Both the position numbers and the translations under genes were made by a program. A stretch of DNA of 62,975 nucleotides, counting the filler. It is 6 parts of 6 records of this genome, joined end to end, with 100 filler letters (N's around TTAATTAATTAA, not from the genome) between each part and the next. Parts side by side here need not be neighbours in the genome. Positions count along the whole stretch, not along the records: positions 13,149 to 33,001 come from SRR31156797_16671; positions 33,102 to 39,637 come from SRR31156797_16674; positions 39,738 to 50,320 come from SRR31156797_16710; 3 more parts are not named here. One strand, 5' to 3'. Positions 30,467 to 40,035 of this stretch are shown here, piece after piece; the first letter of the stretch is position 1; every line of letters starts with the position of its first letter. Under the pieces are notes generated by a model that was not told where the DNA came from, did no database searches, and saw nothing but the letters and a program-made list of their open reading frames with translations.

Positions 30467-30979
30467 ATGAAAAAACTACTTACAATTATAGCCATTGCCT
30501 TTTTATGGAATGGAATTACCATAGCACAAACCTCAGAAACATTAACTCAGGAAGAACAGCTTGATAAATTAAAAAAAATGAAGGCATCAGTATTAATTAA
30601 TTCCGATGATTCCAAATCGATATTAATTGATAATGGTAGTGCAAAGATCATTGTTAATTCAAACGGGATGCACTCTACTCTAATTGATAATGGAGCTACG
30701 GCTTTGTTGGTTAATCCGGACGGAACACATTCTACTATTACTAAAAATAAGGATATTTATACCATAATGAATACCAATGGTAGTCATAGGGTTATGGTAT
30801 TTAAAAAGAAGGAACTAGCTCTTTTGAAGTCGGATGGAAGCTGTTCCGATTTAGATGAAGATATTAAAGTAACCACCATTTCTGATTCCGACGGAGCTCC
30901 ATGTATATGTATTGTTTATAAAAATGTTACAACAACCATAAATGCAAATGGAAAGATAAAAACCCATAGTGTAAATTAG
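30467..30979 (+). CDS. Secreted protein with ~19-aa NxDG beta-hairpin repeats
   Basis: Signal peptide (..TIAQ); repeats INSDDSKS / VNSNGMHS / VNPDGTHS / MNTNGSHR / LKSDGSCS at 19-aa spacing. Confidence 0.75.
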   Translation: MKKLLTIIAIAFLWNGITIAQTSETLTQEEQLDKLKKMKASVLINSDDSKSILIDNGSAKIIVNSNGMHSTLIDNGATALLVNPDGTHSTITKNKDIYTIMNTNGSHRVMVFKKKELALLKSDGSCSDLDEDIKVTTISDSDGAPCICIVYKNVTTTINANGKIKTHSVN

Positions 30980-31046
30980 TTTTAAGACTGGAAAAATGGT
31001 GAGTATGAATATAAAAACCAGCCATCTTTTAAATAAGAAATAGGTA

Positions 31047-31511
31047 ATGAATATTGCAATTAGAAATATATTTATTTTAATACTGTTTTTAAATACACCA
31101 ATGGTTTTCTCTCAAGACAAAGCTCTTGAGGTGTATATGAGAAAAAACCCCTCTAAAAAATATATTATTAACATTGATGATCGTGTATTAATTAAATGCA
31201 GACCATATGCTGATAAATCACAAAAAAAGCAATATGTGGTTGCTCGATTAGCGGCAATAGATGGTAGAAAGTTTTATTTTTCCCCAATTAGCAGTCATTA
31301 TAGTGAAACTATTTATACACCATCTACTCTAAGAGAAATTGGTATTAAAACAACTTTCAATAAGGTAATGACAATTATACATTATGGATGGCGAATTCAT
31401 GATCTTATTCGATTTAAGAAAGTGACTTTTCCAAGATCTTGTACAGATGGCTTATATAAAAGAGTCAATATTAAAAGTATTAAATGGAGAGTTCGTACTG
31501 TGGATATTTAA
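31047..31511 (+). CDS. Hypothetical secreted basic protein
   Basis: Signal peptide ending VFS-Q; no recognised domain. Confidence 0.65.
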   Translation: MNIAIRNIFILILFLNTPMVFSQDKALEVYMRKNPSKKYIINIDDRVLIKCRPYADKSQKKQYVVARLAAIDGRKFYFSPISSHYSETIYTPSTLREIGIKTTFNKVMTIIHYGWRIHDLIRFKKVTFPRSCTDGLYKRVNIKSIKWRVRTVDI

Positions 31512-31615
31512 GATTTTGGAATATAAGAATTGAGTCAATTTCTAATCATTTATTAATTGTATAAGATATAGTTTTAAAGCAAAAACAGTCGACTGCACCA
31601 AACAAAGAACCTAAC

Positions 31616-32452
31616 ATGGCAACATATCTAAAAACAAACTGGAATTATAATTCAGAACAACTGATAGAAGTATTTGATGAGCTGCCATTTTGGGCTGCTC
31701 CTTTTGGATTGCAGTTACTGGATGGAATAAAATATAAAAAAGGTATTCAGGTATTGGATATTGGTTTTGGGGCAGGCTTTCCTTTAACCGAAATTGCCAT
31801 GCGTTTAGGAAAAGATTCAAAGGTGTTTGGTATTGATCCATGGGATGTGGCTATAGATAGAGCCGAGAAGAAGATTGATTTCTATAATATTGATAATATC
31901 GAAATTATTCGCGGCAAAGCAGAGAGTATTCCATTGCAAGACGCTTCTATAGATTTGATTGTAAGTAATAATGGTTTAAATAACGTATCAGATCTGGATA
32001 AAACCTTATTTGAGTGTTCCAGAATAATAAAAAAAGGAGGACAGTTTATTCAAACCATGAACCTGAATAATACGATGATGGAGTTTTATATGGTAATGGA
32101 AAGCGTATTAAAGGAATTAAAACTTGAAGATTGTTTAAGTAATTTGAGTGATCATATTTACAAAAAAAGAAAACCGGTAGATGAATATCTGGAAAAAATA
32201 GAGCTGTATGGATTTGAAGTGAAAGAAGTAAAGCATCATCAATTTGAATATAAATTTGTGGATGGCACAAGCATGCTTAACCATTATTTTATTCGATTGG
32301 CCTTTATGGATTCCTGGAAGAATATTGTTCCTGAAGAAAAGCAACAAATTGTATTTAAGCATATAGAATCCGAATTAAACAGACAATCAGATATTGATGG
32401 AATAATGAAATTGACCATTCCTTTTGTATTAATTGATTGCGAAAAAAGCTAA
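31616..32452 (+). CDS. Class I SAM-dependent methyltransferase
   Basis: VLDIGFGAG, GIDPW, SIDLIVSN, RIIKKGG. Confidence 0.9.
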   Translation: MATYLKTNWNYNSEQLIEVFDELPFWAAPFGLQLLDGIKYKKGIQVLDIGFGAGFPLTEIAMRLGKDSKVFGIDPWDVAIDRAEKKIDFYNIDNIEIIRGKAESIPLQDASIDLIVSNNGLNNVSDLDKTLFECSRIIKKGGQFIQTMNLNNTMMEFYMVMESVLKELKLEDCLSNLSDHIYKKRKPVDEYLEKIELYGFEVKEVKHHQFEYKFVDGTSMLNHYFIRLAFMDSWKNIVPEEKQQIVFKHIESELNRQSDIDGIMKLTIPFVLIDCEKS

Positions 32453-32502
32453 TTAAAATAGCATACTCAGTAAACTTGATTTAAAATATAAGGATTATTA
32501 AA

Positions 32503-32961
32503 ACGGATACAGAAATAGGTAATGCAGATCTTTCTGATTTAGCAGAAATATTGAAAGTACAGCATGAAGCCTACATACAGGAAGCAGATATATACAATAA
32601 TTATACTATACCACCTTTGCTTCAGAATCTTGATGCTTTAATTCAGGAATGGAACGAAGGAATAGTGATCAAAGCGGTGTATAATGAGCAAATAATTGGT
32701 TCGGTTCGTGCTAAAGCTGATAACAATATTTGTAGGATAGGTAAACTCATTGTAAAACCTGCCTTTCAAAACCAAGGACTCGGAAAAAGATTAATGGAAG
32801 CTATTGAAATGCAATTCAATCAATGTTCCGTATTTGAATTATTTACCGGACACAGGAGTGAAAAGAATTTAAAGCTATACAAAAAGCTCGGTTATGAGCC
32901 ATTTAATACCGAACAATTCGATGATGGATTAACACTGATTTATTTAAGAAAGCAGCCTTGA
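32503..32961 (+). CDS. GNAT-family N-acetyltransferase (apparent ACG in the start-codon position)
   Basis: IIGSVRA, KLIVKPAFQNQGLGKRLM, NLKLYKKLGY; GNAT-like N-terminus (ADLSDLAEILKVQ) lies upstream of the TTG at 32551. Confidence 0.8.
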   Translation, partial: TDTEIGNADLSDLAEILKVQHEAYIQEADIYNNYTIPPLLQNLDALIQEWNEGIVIKAVYNEQIIGSVRAKADNNICRIGKLIVKPAFQNQGLGKRLMEAIEMQFNQCSVFELFTGHRSEKNLKLYKKLGYEPFNTEQFDDGLTLIYLRKQP

Positions 32962-33001
32962 TTTTCTTTGTTCACTTTCTTTCATCAAGGAAAGAAAAGT
33001 G
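32962..33001. repeat. REP-like palindromic element at contig end
   Basis: TTTTCTTTGTTCACTTTCTTTCATCAAGGAAAGAAAAGTG; imperfect inverted repeat CACTTTCTTTC / GAAAGAAAAGTG; assembly breaks here. Confidence 0.5.
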
Positions 33002-33101
33002 NNNNNNNNNNNNNNNNNNNNNNNNNNNNNNNNNNNNNNNNNNNNTTAATTAATTAANNNNNNNNNNNNNNNNNNNNNNNNNNNNNNNNNNNNNNNNNNN
33101 N
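33002..33101. other. Artificial contig spacer
   Basis: N-run with TTAATTAATTAA. Confidence 0.98.
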
Positions 33102-33329
33102 GTAGATACTCATGTATTTAGAGTTTCTCATAGACTAGGGCTTAGTGATGCAAAAACAGTTGAAAAAACAGAAGAACAACTGGTAAAAAAACTCAAAGAT
33201 GATCTTCATATTTTTCATCAAGCGATGGTATTATTTGGAAGATATATTTGTAAAGCCGTAAAACCAGAGTGTGAGAAGTGTTTTTTAACTGAAGTGTGTA
33301 AAACAAAACAATCTTTTAAGGCAGGATGA
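33102..33329 (+). CDS. nth: Endonuclease III, C-terminal part (partial)
   Basis: Manual translation VDTHVFRVSHRLGL...FGRYICKAVKPECEKCFLTEVC (Cx6Cx2Cx5C [4Fe-4S] motif). Confidence 0.93.
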   Translation, partial: VDTHVFRVSHRLGLSDAKTVEKTEEQLVKKLKDDLHIFHQAMVLFGRYICKAVKPECEKCFLTEVCKTKQSFKAG

Positions 33330-34120
33330 TGATCTTTAAAACTTTTCGTATTTTTATAGCAGGTTTTCTTTTTGTTATATTTACAGGGTGTAGTAATAGT
33401 TCAAAAGAAGTGGTTCCTCAAAAAGTAAAAAATGAAAAAACTCTTGAAGAGATGAGTTTTTTAGAAGAGTTTGAAGAGGAAGTAAAAGTAGAAAAAGAAG
33501 TAGATTTTTTTGAAGAGTACAATAGGGTAATGACATCATTTAATGATGGTGTGTATAGTTATATTCTTATTCCTGTGGCAAAAGGGTATAAATATATTAC
33601 TCCCAAAGAGTTAAGAGAGGCATTATCAAACTTTTTTTCAAACCTTTATATTCCAGTAAGTGTTGTAAATAATATCTTACAAGGGGAGTTGGTAGATGCT
33701 TCTACTGAAGTGGGTCGATTTGCTTTTAATTCTACTTTAGGATTAGGTGGTTTATTTGATTTTTCTAAAGAACATTTGAATATGGAATCAAAAAAAGAGG
33801 ATTTTGGACAAACTTTAGGAGTATGGGGAGTTGAAAGTGGATCCCATATCGTACTTCCTATTTTAGGACCTTCAAACTTACGTGATCTTGCTGGGATCTT
33901 TCCTGATACACTTATTAATCCTGTAAGTTATTTTCAATGGCGTAATTATAATTTAGTAGATAATCAAGCAGATTCACTAAAAGTTCGAGTTTTTGATAGA
34001 GTAAACTATACAGCAATTCATGATGGTGAATATGAAAAGATAAAAGCAGATGCTATTGATCTTTATCCTTATTTTAAAAATATGTATGAACAATACCGTG
34101 CAAACCAAATAAAGGAATAA
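33326..34120 (+). CDS. mlaA: VacJ/MlaA-family lipoprotein
   Basis: FTGC lipobox; NSTLGLGGLFD, EDFGQTLG, LPILGPSNLRD. Confidence 0.92.
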   Translation: MMIFKTFRIFIAGFLFVIFTGCSNSSKEVVPQKVKNEKTLEEMSFLEEFEEEVKVEKEVDFFEEYNRVMTSFNDGVYSYILIPVAKGYKYITPKELREALSNFFSNLYIPVSVVNNILQGELVDASTEVGRFAFNSTLGLGGLFDFSKEHLNMESKKEDFGQTLGVWGVESGSHIVLPILGPSNLRDLAGIFPDTLINPVSYFQWRNYNLVDNQADSLKVRVFDRVNYTAIHDGEYEKIKADAIDLYPYFKNMYEQYRANQIKE

Positions 34121-34121
34121 A

Positions 34122-34709
34122 ATGAGAAAAGTTGGATTATTTATAGTATTAATGGGACTGTTTCAGTTTTGTTTTGCCGATGAAACTGTAAAAGTTAAAG
34201 AGCTTTTTATGAAAAAGATTGATGAGGTTGTTCTTATAGTCAATGATACCTCTTTAGATAAAGAGAATAGAAATGCAAAGATTGTAAAGGTTTTAGATCC
34301 TATTTTTGATTTTGAACTGATGGCAAAATTAAGCCTTGGGAAAAAATGGTTTACACTTTCCTCTGAAGATCAAAAAAAGTTTGTAGAACTATATGTAGAG
34401 AGGATGAAAAAATCATATTCATCAAAACTTGACAGTTATAGTGGTCAAGAGATACAAGTGACAGATATACAACAGCCAAAAGATACAAGAATTGTCCTTA
34501 CTAGTAATTTGATAGCAGAAGATTCAAAGTTTGAAGTGGTGTATAAGTTTTATAAACCAAATGAACAACTTTCAGATAAACTAGAGTGGGTCATTTATGA
34601 TGTGGAGATAGAAGGGGTTAGTATCTTAAAAACAGATCGTGCGCAATTTAGTGAATATCTTCAAAAAAACAGCGTTAAAGATCTCATGCAAGAACTTGTA
34701 AAAAAATAA
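34122..34709 (+). CDS. mlaC: MlaC/Ttg2D-family phospholipid-binding protein
   Basis: FDFELMAKLSLGKKW, WVIYDVEIEGVS. Confidence 0.9.
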   Translation: MRKVGLFIVLMGLFQFCFADETVKVKELFMKKIDEVVLIVNDTSLDKENRNAKIVKVLDPIFDFELMAKLSLGKKWFTLSSEDQKKFVELYVERMKKSYSSKLDSYSGQEIQVTDIQQPKDTRIVLTSNLIAEDSKFEVVYKFYKPNEQLSDKLEWVIYDVEIEGVSILKTDRAQFSEYLQKNSVKDLMQELVKK

Positions 34710-34712
34710 CCT

Positions 34713-37142
34713 ATGTTTCACACTTTTTATAAGGACTATCTTTTAAAATATCCAAAGGTAGTTCTTGCTTTTATTTTATCTTGTTTTATCCTTTTTGCTT
34801 TTTTTGCTACAAAATTAGAGATCGATGCAAGTGCCCAGACTCTTTTACTTGATGGGGATAAAGACTTAGAGTTTACAAGAGAGATTGGAAAAAAGTTTAC
34901 TGCACCAGATATTTTAGTAGTGACATATACAATCAAAGATGATCTTTTAAGTGATAAAAACCTTCAAAATATAAAAGAACTAGAAAATAGATTAATCCCT
35001 TTTAAAGAGATAGAATCAATCACTTCAATTATAAATGTCCCTTTATTACAATCTCCCGTACAGCCAATAACAGAGCTTATTAAAGATATTAAAAATCTCC
35101 AAAATGATGGAGTAGATAAAACTTTAGTAAAACAGGAGTTTTTAAATAGTCCTATTTATAAGAAGAATTTAGTAAGTGAGGATTTTAAAACAACAGCTTT
35201 ACTAATAAATCTAAAAAGGGATACCAAATATTTCGAGCTTTTAAAAAATGGAACACAAGAGGAGCTAAAAAAATATAGAGACAATTCAAGAGTTCAAACC
35301 CATCAGTTTATAACAGATCTTCGAATCACTTTGAAAACCTTTGAACAGCAAAAAGATGTACAACTTCACTTAGGTGGAGCAATTATGATCGGTGATGATA
35401 TGGTTGAGTTTGTAAAATATGATCTAAAAACCTTTGGTTTGGTTATAGTATGGCTTCTTGTTGTTATACTTTTTATTCTTTTAAGAGAGATCAAATGGAT
35501 CCTTATCCCACTTTTTATCTGTACAGTGTCTATTGTGGTTACAAGTGGGCTTTTAGGCTTATTTGGATGGGAGATCACGGTAATATCTTCAAATTTTATC
35601 TCTTTACAGCTTATTATGAATATGTCACTTGTGGTTCATTTGATCATAAAATATAAAGAGCTTTTAGAAAAATATCCTGAACATACGCAAAAACAGCTAG
35701 TAAATGAAACTGCTGTAGCTATGATAAAGCCATCATTTTTTGTAGTGATTACAACAATTGCTGGGTTTAGTTCACTGGTTTTTAGTAATATTTTACCTGT
35801 TATTAATTTTGGTTGGATGATGAGTGTAGGGATCATTGTCTCTTTATTTTTTACTTTTATTCTTTTCCCTTTAGTGGTTTCATTTTTTCCAAAAAAGAAT
35901 ATGCAGTCTAAAAAAACAAAAAGAGTATTTACAGCATTTGTAGCAAACTTTGCACTAAAGTATAAAAAAACTATTTTATTTTTTACAGTTGTTTTAGTTA
36001 TATTTTCTTTATCAGGAGCTCTAAATCTTCGCGTGGAGAATAGCTTTATCGATTATTTTAAAAAAGATACTCAGATCTATCAAGGGATGAAACTCATAGA
36101 TCAAAAACTTGGAGGAACCACACCTCTTGATGTGGTGATAACATTTAAAGAAAATAGTGATGAAATAGAATCTATTAAAATAGATAAAAGTAGTATAGAT
36201 GATCCATCTATGGATATGCTTGATGAGTTTAATGATGAGTTTGCAATGGATGAAGAGGATAAGACCCAGTATTGGTTTACAAAAACTAAGCTTGATACTA
36301 TAAGAGAAGTTCACTATTATCTTGATTCATTAGAACCAATAGGAAAAGTATTATCTCTAGCCACACTTTTAGATATAGGAAAAATTCTAAATGATGGAAA
36401 AGATCTTGATGGAGTCACTTTAGCTCTTATGAATAAAGAGTTACCTGGGAAATATAAAGATATTGTTTTAAGTCCATATGTGGATATTGAAAGCAATATG
36501 GCACGAATTAGTACTAGGATCATTGATAGTATGGATGGACTTCAAAGGGATAAGCTTTTAAAAACTATTGATGCTCACTTACAAACGATCATCGATCCAA
36601 ACTATGAAGAGTATAAGATATCAAATCTTTTAGTGATCTATAATAATATGCTTCAATCTCTCTTTGACTCTCAGATAAAAACTATTGCAGTGGTTTTATT
36701 GATCCTGTTTATTATGTTTTTGATTCTCTTTAGAGATCTAAAAATTGCAATTGTGGCGATTATTGTAAATAGTGTACCAGTGAGTGTTATTTTTGGAGTA
36801 ATGGGCTGGTTTGATATGCCTTTAGATATGATGACCATTACAATTGCAGCTATTAGTATTGGGATCGCTGTGGATGATACAATCCATTATATTCATCGAT
36901 TTAATATAGAGTATAAATCCCATTCGAATATTATAGAAGCGATTAAAAATTCTCATAAGAGTATAGGGCGAGCAATGTTTTATACCTCTACGATCATTAT
37001 AGTGGGCTTTAGCGTGCTTGTTTTGTCAAACTTTATCCCTACTATCTATTTTGGAGTTTTAACGATGCTAGCTATGTTTATGGCAATTGTAGCGGATCTT
37101 TTACTTTTACCTGTTTTATTATTGATGCTAAAAGGAAAATAA
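34713..37142 (+). CDS. MMPL-family RND transporter
   Basis: Two TM blocks; TTIAGFSSL, GIAVDDTIH, GFSVL motifs. Confidence 0.9.
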   Translation: MFHTFYKDYLLKYPKVVLAFILSCFILFAFFATKLEIDASAQTLLLDGDKDLEFTREIGKKFTAPDILVVTYTIKDDLLSDKNLQNIKELENRLIPFKEIESITSIINVPLLQSPVQPITELIKDIKNLQNDGVDKTLVKQEFLNSPIYKKNLVSEDFKTTALLINLKRDTKYFELLKNGTQEELKKYRDNSRVQTHQFITDLRITLKTFEQQKDVQLHLGGAIMIGDDMVEFVKYDLKTFGLVIVWLLVVILFILLREIKWILIPLFICTVSIVVTSGLLGLFGWEITVISSNFISLQLIMNMSLVVHLIIKYKELLEKYPEHTQKQLVNETAVAMIKPSFFVVITTIAGFSSLVFSNILPVINFGWMMSVGIIVSLFFTFILFPLVVSFFPKKNMQSKKTKRVFTAFVANFALKYKKTILFFTVVLVIFSLSGALNLRVENSFIDYFKKDTQIYQGMKLIDQKLGGTTPLDVVITFKENSDEIESIKIDKSSIDDPSMDMLDEFNDEFAMDEEDKTQYWFTKTKLDTIREVHYYLDSLEPIGKVLSLATLLDIGKILNDGKDLDGVTLALMNKELPGKYKDIVLSPYVDIESNMARISTRIIDSMDGLQRDKLLKTIDAHLQTIIDPNYEEYKISNLLVIYNNMLQSLFDSQIKTIAVVLLILFIMFLILFRDLKIAIVAIIVNSVPVSVIFGVMGWFDMPLDMMTITIAAISIGIAVDDTIHYIHRFNIEYKSHSNIIEAIKNSHKSIGRAMFYTSTIIIVGFSVLVLSNFIPTIYFGVLTMLAMFMAIVADLLLLPVLLLMLKGK

Positions 37143-37143
37143 T

Positions 37144-38679
37144 ATGCCAAATCAAAATATTAATAAGATTGATCTTATCTATCTAACTCCAGATCATCAT
37201 CAAGCCATAGTTGCTTTGATGGAGCATGAATATAGACATCTTGATGATTCTGCATGGACAAAAGAAGAGTTTGAAGCTCTTATCAGTAAATTTCCAAAAG
37301 GGCAGGTGGGTATCACTATTGATGGGGAGTTTGCAGGGTTTGCACTTTGTATTATAGTAGATTATGAAAAGTTTGAAGATACCCATACCTATAAAGAGAT
37401 CACAGGAGATTATACTTTTAATACCCATGATAATAATGGAAAAACTTTATATGGAATTGATATTTTTATTAGTAAAAAATATCGAGGACTTAGACTAGGG
37501 CGTAGGCTATATGATTATAGAAAAGAGCTATGTGAAGAGCTCAATCTAAAAAATATCCTTTTTGGAGGAAGATTACCAAACTATAAAAAATATACTCATA
37601 TTATGACTCCAAAAGAGTATATTCAAAAAGTAAAAGAGAAAGAGATCCATGATCCAGTTTTGAACTTTCAGCTCTCTAATGATTTTTTTGTAAAAAGGGT
37701 AATCAAAAATTATCTAGAGGGTGATATAGAGAGTTGTGAATATGCAGCGCTGCTTAGTTGGGAGAATATCTACTTTTCAAAACCGACAAAAACTCCTACG
37801 TTTGAAAAGACAGTGGTAAGGCTTGGACTTATCCAATGGCAAGTAAGAACTTATAACTCTTTTGAAGAGGTGATGGAACAGGCTGAGTATTTTATCGATG
37901 CTGTTTCAAGCTATAGAAGTGACTTTGTTTTATTTCCAGAGTTTTTTAATGCTCCATTGATGGCAGAACATAATCATCTTGATGAACCTGATGCGATACG
38001 AGAGCTTGCTAAATATACCCATAGGTTTAAAGAGGAGTTCTCAAAGCTAGCTATAAGTTACAATATAAATATCATTGGTGGAAGTATGCCAGAACTCATT
38101 GATGGAGATCTTTATAATGTTGGCTTTTTATGTAGAAGAGATGGAACTACAGAAAAATATGCCAAGATCCATGTCACTCCAGATGAGAAAAAAGTATGGG
38201 GGATGAAAGGAGCCAATAGTATCAAAACTTTTGATACAGATTGTGGAAAAATAGGGGTGCTTATCTGTTATGATAGTGAGTTTCCTGAACTCTCGCGATA
38301 TCTAGCCATTGAGGGGATGGATATCTTATTTGTACCATTTCTAACAGATACTCAAAATGGATATTCCCGTGTAAGAAACTGTTCTCAAGCAAGGGCGATT
38401 GAAAATGAATGTTATGTAGCAATTGCTGGGTGTGTGGGAAACTTACCAAAAGTACATAATATGGATATACAATATGCTCAATCAGCTGTATTTACACCAT
38501 GTGATTTTTCATTTCCATCAAATGGGGTAAAAGCAGAATCTACACCAAATACAGAGATGATACTTGTAGCTGATGTTGACCTTGCTTTAATAAAAGAGCT
38601 TCACAATCTAGGAGGAGTAACCAACCTCAAAGATCGAAGAACCGATCTTTATGAGATCACTTTAAAAAGAGAGATTTAA
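37144..38679 (+). CDS. Fused GNAT acetyltransferase / carbon-nitrogen hydrolase
   Basis: YRGLRLGRRLY acetyl-CoA motif; nitrilase triad FPE, YAKIH, ICYD. Confidence 0.92.
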   Translation: MPNQNINKIDLIYLTPDHHQAIVALMEHEYRHLDDSAWTKEEFEALISKFPKGQVGITIDGEFAGFALCIIVDYEKFEDTHTYKEITGDYTFNTHDNNGKTLYGIDIFISKKYRGLRLGRRLYDYRKELCEELNLKNILFGGRLPNYKKYTHIMTPKEYIQKVKEKEIHDPVLNFQLSNDFFVKRVIKNYLEGDIESCEYAALLSWENIYFSKPTKTPTFEKTVVRLGLIQWQVRTYNSFEEVMEQAEYFIDAVSSYRSDFVLFPEFFNAPLMAEHNHLDEPDAIRELAKYTHRFKEEFSKLAISYNINIIGGSMPELIDGDLYNVGFLCRRDGTTEKYAKIHVTPDEKKVWGMKGANSIKTFDTDCGKIGVLICYDSEFPELSRYLAIEGMDILFVPFLTDTQNGYSRVRNCSQARAIENECYVAIAGCVGNLPKVHNMDIQYAQSAVFTPCDFSFPSNGVKAESTPNTEMILVADVDLALIKELHNLGGVTNLKDRRTDLYEITLKREI

Positions 38680-39635
38680 GAGATAGGGATCTCTTCTTTT
38701 ATAGTAAGTCCAAATCCATTGATCCCTACAAAAGAGTGCTTTCCTCCACTTGTAAGAAGTTTGATATTTTTGATTCCAAGAGCATGTAGGATCTGAGCTC
38801 CGATTCCAAAATCTTTGATCGTATCTTGGTTTGGATTTTTATTTTCCAAGAAAATCAAAACTCCCCCTTTACTTTCTAAGAAGTTGATAGATTTTAACAT
38901 AGAGTTTAGTTTTGTATTATTTAAAAAGATATTGATATCAGGCTCAACCGTATGAAATTTTACAAGTGAAGTTTCATCTAACTCTTTAAATTGAATCACT
39001 GTATGTTCATTGTCTCTATGGTCTTTAAAAACTCTTTTTTGTACTATAGTATCAAAAAAAGTAGTCTCTTCATTTGAGATCTCAGTGACTAAACACTCAT
39101 TTGCCATTCTATACTCAACAAGATCTGAGATATAGATCTGTTTAAGATCATGCTTTTGAGCAAAGATATCAAGATCATCACGTCTAGCCATTGTTCCATC
39201 TTCTTTCATGATCTCACAAATAACCGCTTCCCCAGCAAGTCCAGCTAATTTACAAAGATCGATACTTCCCTCCGTATGACCAGTTCGAACAAGTACACCA
39301 CCATCTTTAGCAATGAGTGGAAAAATATGACCAGGTTTTACAAGCTCCTCTTTTTTACTAATAGGATTTGCAAGAATTCGAATCGTATCATCTCTCTCCC
39401 CAGCACTAATCCCAGTACTAGCTTTTGCACAATCTACAGATACTGTAAAAGCTGTTTCATATGATGAGGTATTGCTAGCAACCATTGGTGCTAGATCTAA
39501 TCTCATAGCAGTCTCTTTTGTAACTGCAACACAGATCAAACCTTTTGCATGGGTAGCCATAAAGTTTACTTTTTGATCATCACTTAAAGCTGCTGCATAT
39601 ACAAGATCACCCTCATTTTCTCTATCTTCATCATC
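38676..39635 (-). CDS. ribB: DHBP synthase fused to a degenerate GTP cyclohydrolase II-like domain (RibBX type), 5' partial
   Basis: DDEDRENEGD at contig edge, FTVSVD, GISAGER, PGHIFPL, RTGHTE, ICEIM; C-domain keeps DFGIGAQIL but has no Zn-binding Cys. Confidence 0.92.
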   Translation of the reverse strand, partial: DDEDRENEGDLVYAAALSDDQKVNFMATHAKGLICVAVTKETAMRLDLAPMVASNTSSYETAFTVSVDCAKASTGISAGERDDTIRILANPISKKEELVKPGHIFPLIAKDGGVLVRTGHTEGSIDLCKLAGLAGEAVICEIMKEDGTMARRDDLDIFAQKHDLKQIYISDLVEYRMANECLVTEISNEETTFFDTIVQKRVFKDHRDNEHTVIQFKELDETSLVKFHTVEPDINIFLNNTKLNSMLKSINFLESKGGVLIFLENKNPNQDTIKDFGIGAQILHALGIKNIKLLTSGGKHSFVGINGFGLTIKEEIPIS

Positions 39636-39637
39636 AA

Positions 39638-39737
39638 NNNNNNNNNNNNNNNNNNNNNNNNNNNNNNNNNNNNNNNNNNNNTTAATTAATTAANNNNNNN
39701 NNNNNNNNNNNNNNNNNNNNNNNNNNNNNNNNNNNNN
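39638..39737. other. Artificial contig spacer
   Basis: N-run with TTAATTAATTAA. Confidence 0.98.
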
Positions 39738-39959
39738 GAAATGATCAACGAAGTGCTGGATGTCATGAAATCACTGGCCCGTGAAGGCATGACCATGATC
39801 TGCGTCACCCATGAAATGGGCTTTGCTCGAGAAGTGGCGGACCGGGTCATATTTATGGACGAAGGGAATCTCGTTGAAGAAAACACGCCTGAAGAATTCT
39901 TCAATAATCCGCAGAGTGATCGGACCAAAGATTTCCTGAGCAAGATTCTCAGCCACTAG
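39738..39959 (+). CDS. Polar amino acid ABC transporter ATP-binding protein, C-terminal part
   Basis: [29 protein letters not shown]. Confidence 0.92.
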   Translation, partial: EMINEVLDVMKSLAREGMTMICVTHEMGFAREVADRVIFMDEGNLVEENTPEEFFNNPQSDRTKDFLSKILSH

Positions 39960-39972
39960 GCACAGAATATCT

Positions 39973-40009
39973 GCCTTTGTCGGACACAGTGTCCGCCAAA
40001 GGCTTTTTT
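39973..40009 (+). terminator. Intra-operon hairpin / terminator
   Basis: GCCTTTG-T-CGGACAC...GTGTCCG-C-CAAAGGC + TTTTTT. Confidence 0.6.
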
Positions 40010-40035
40010 ATGGACTCAACCATTAGGAGAGGTAA

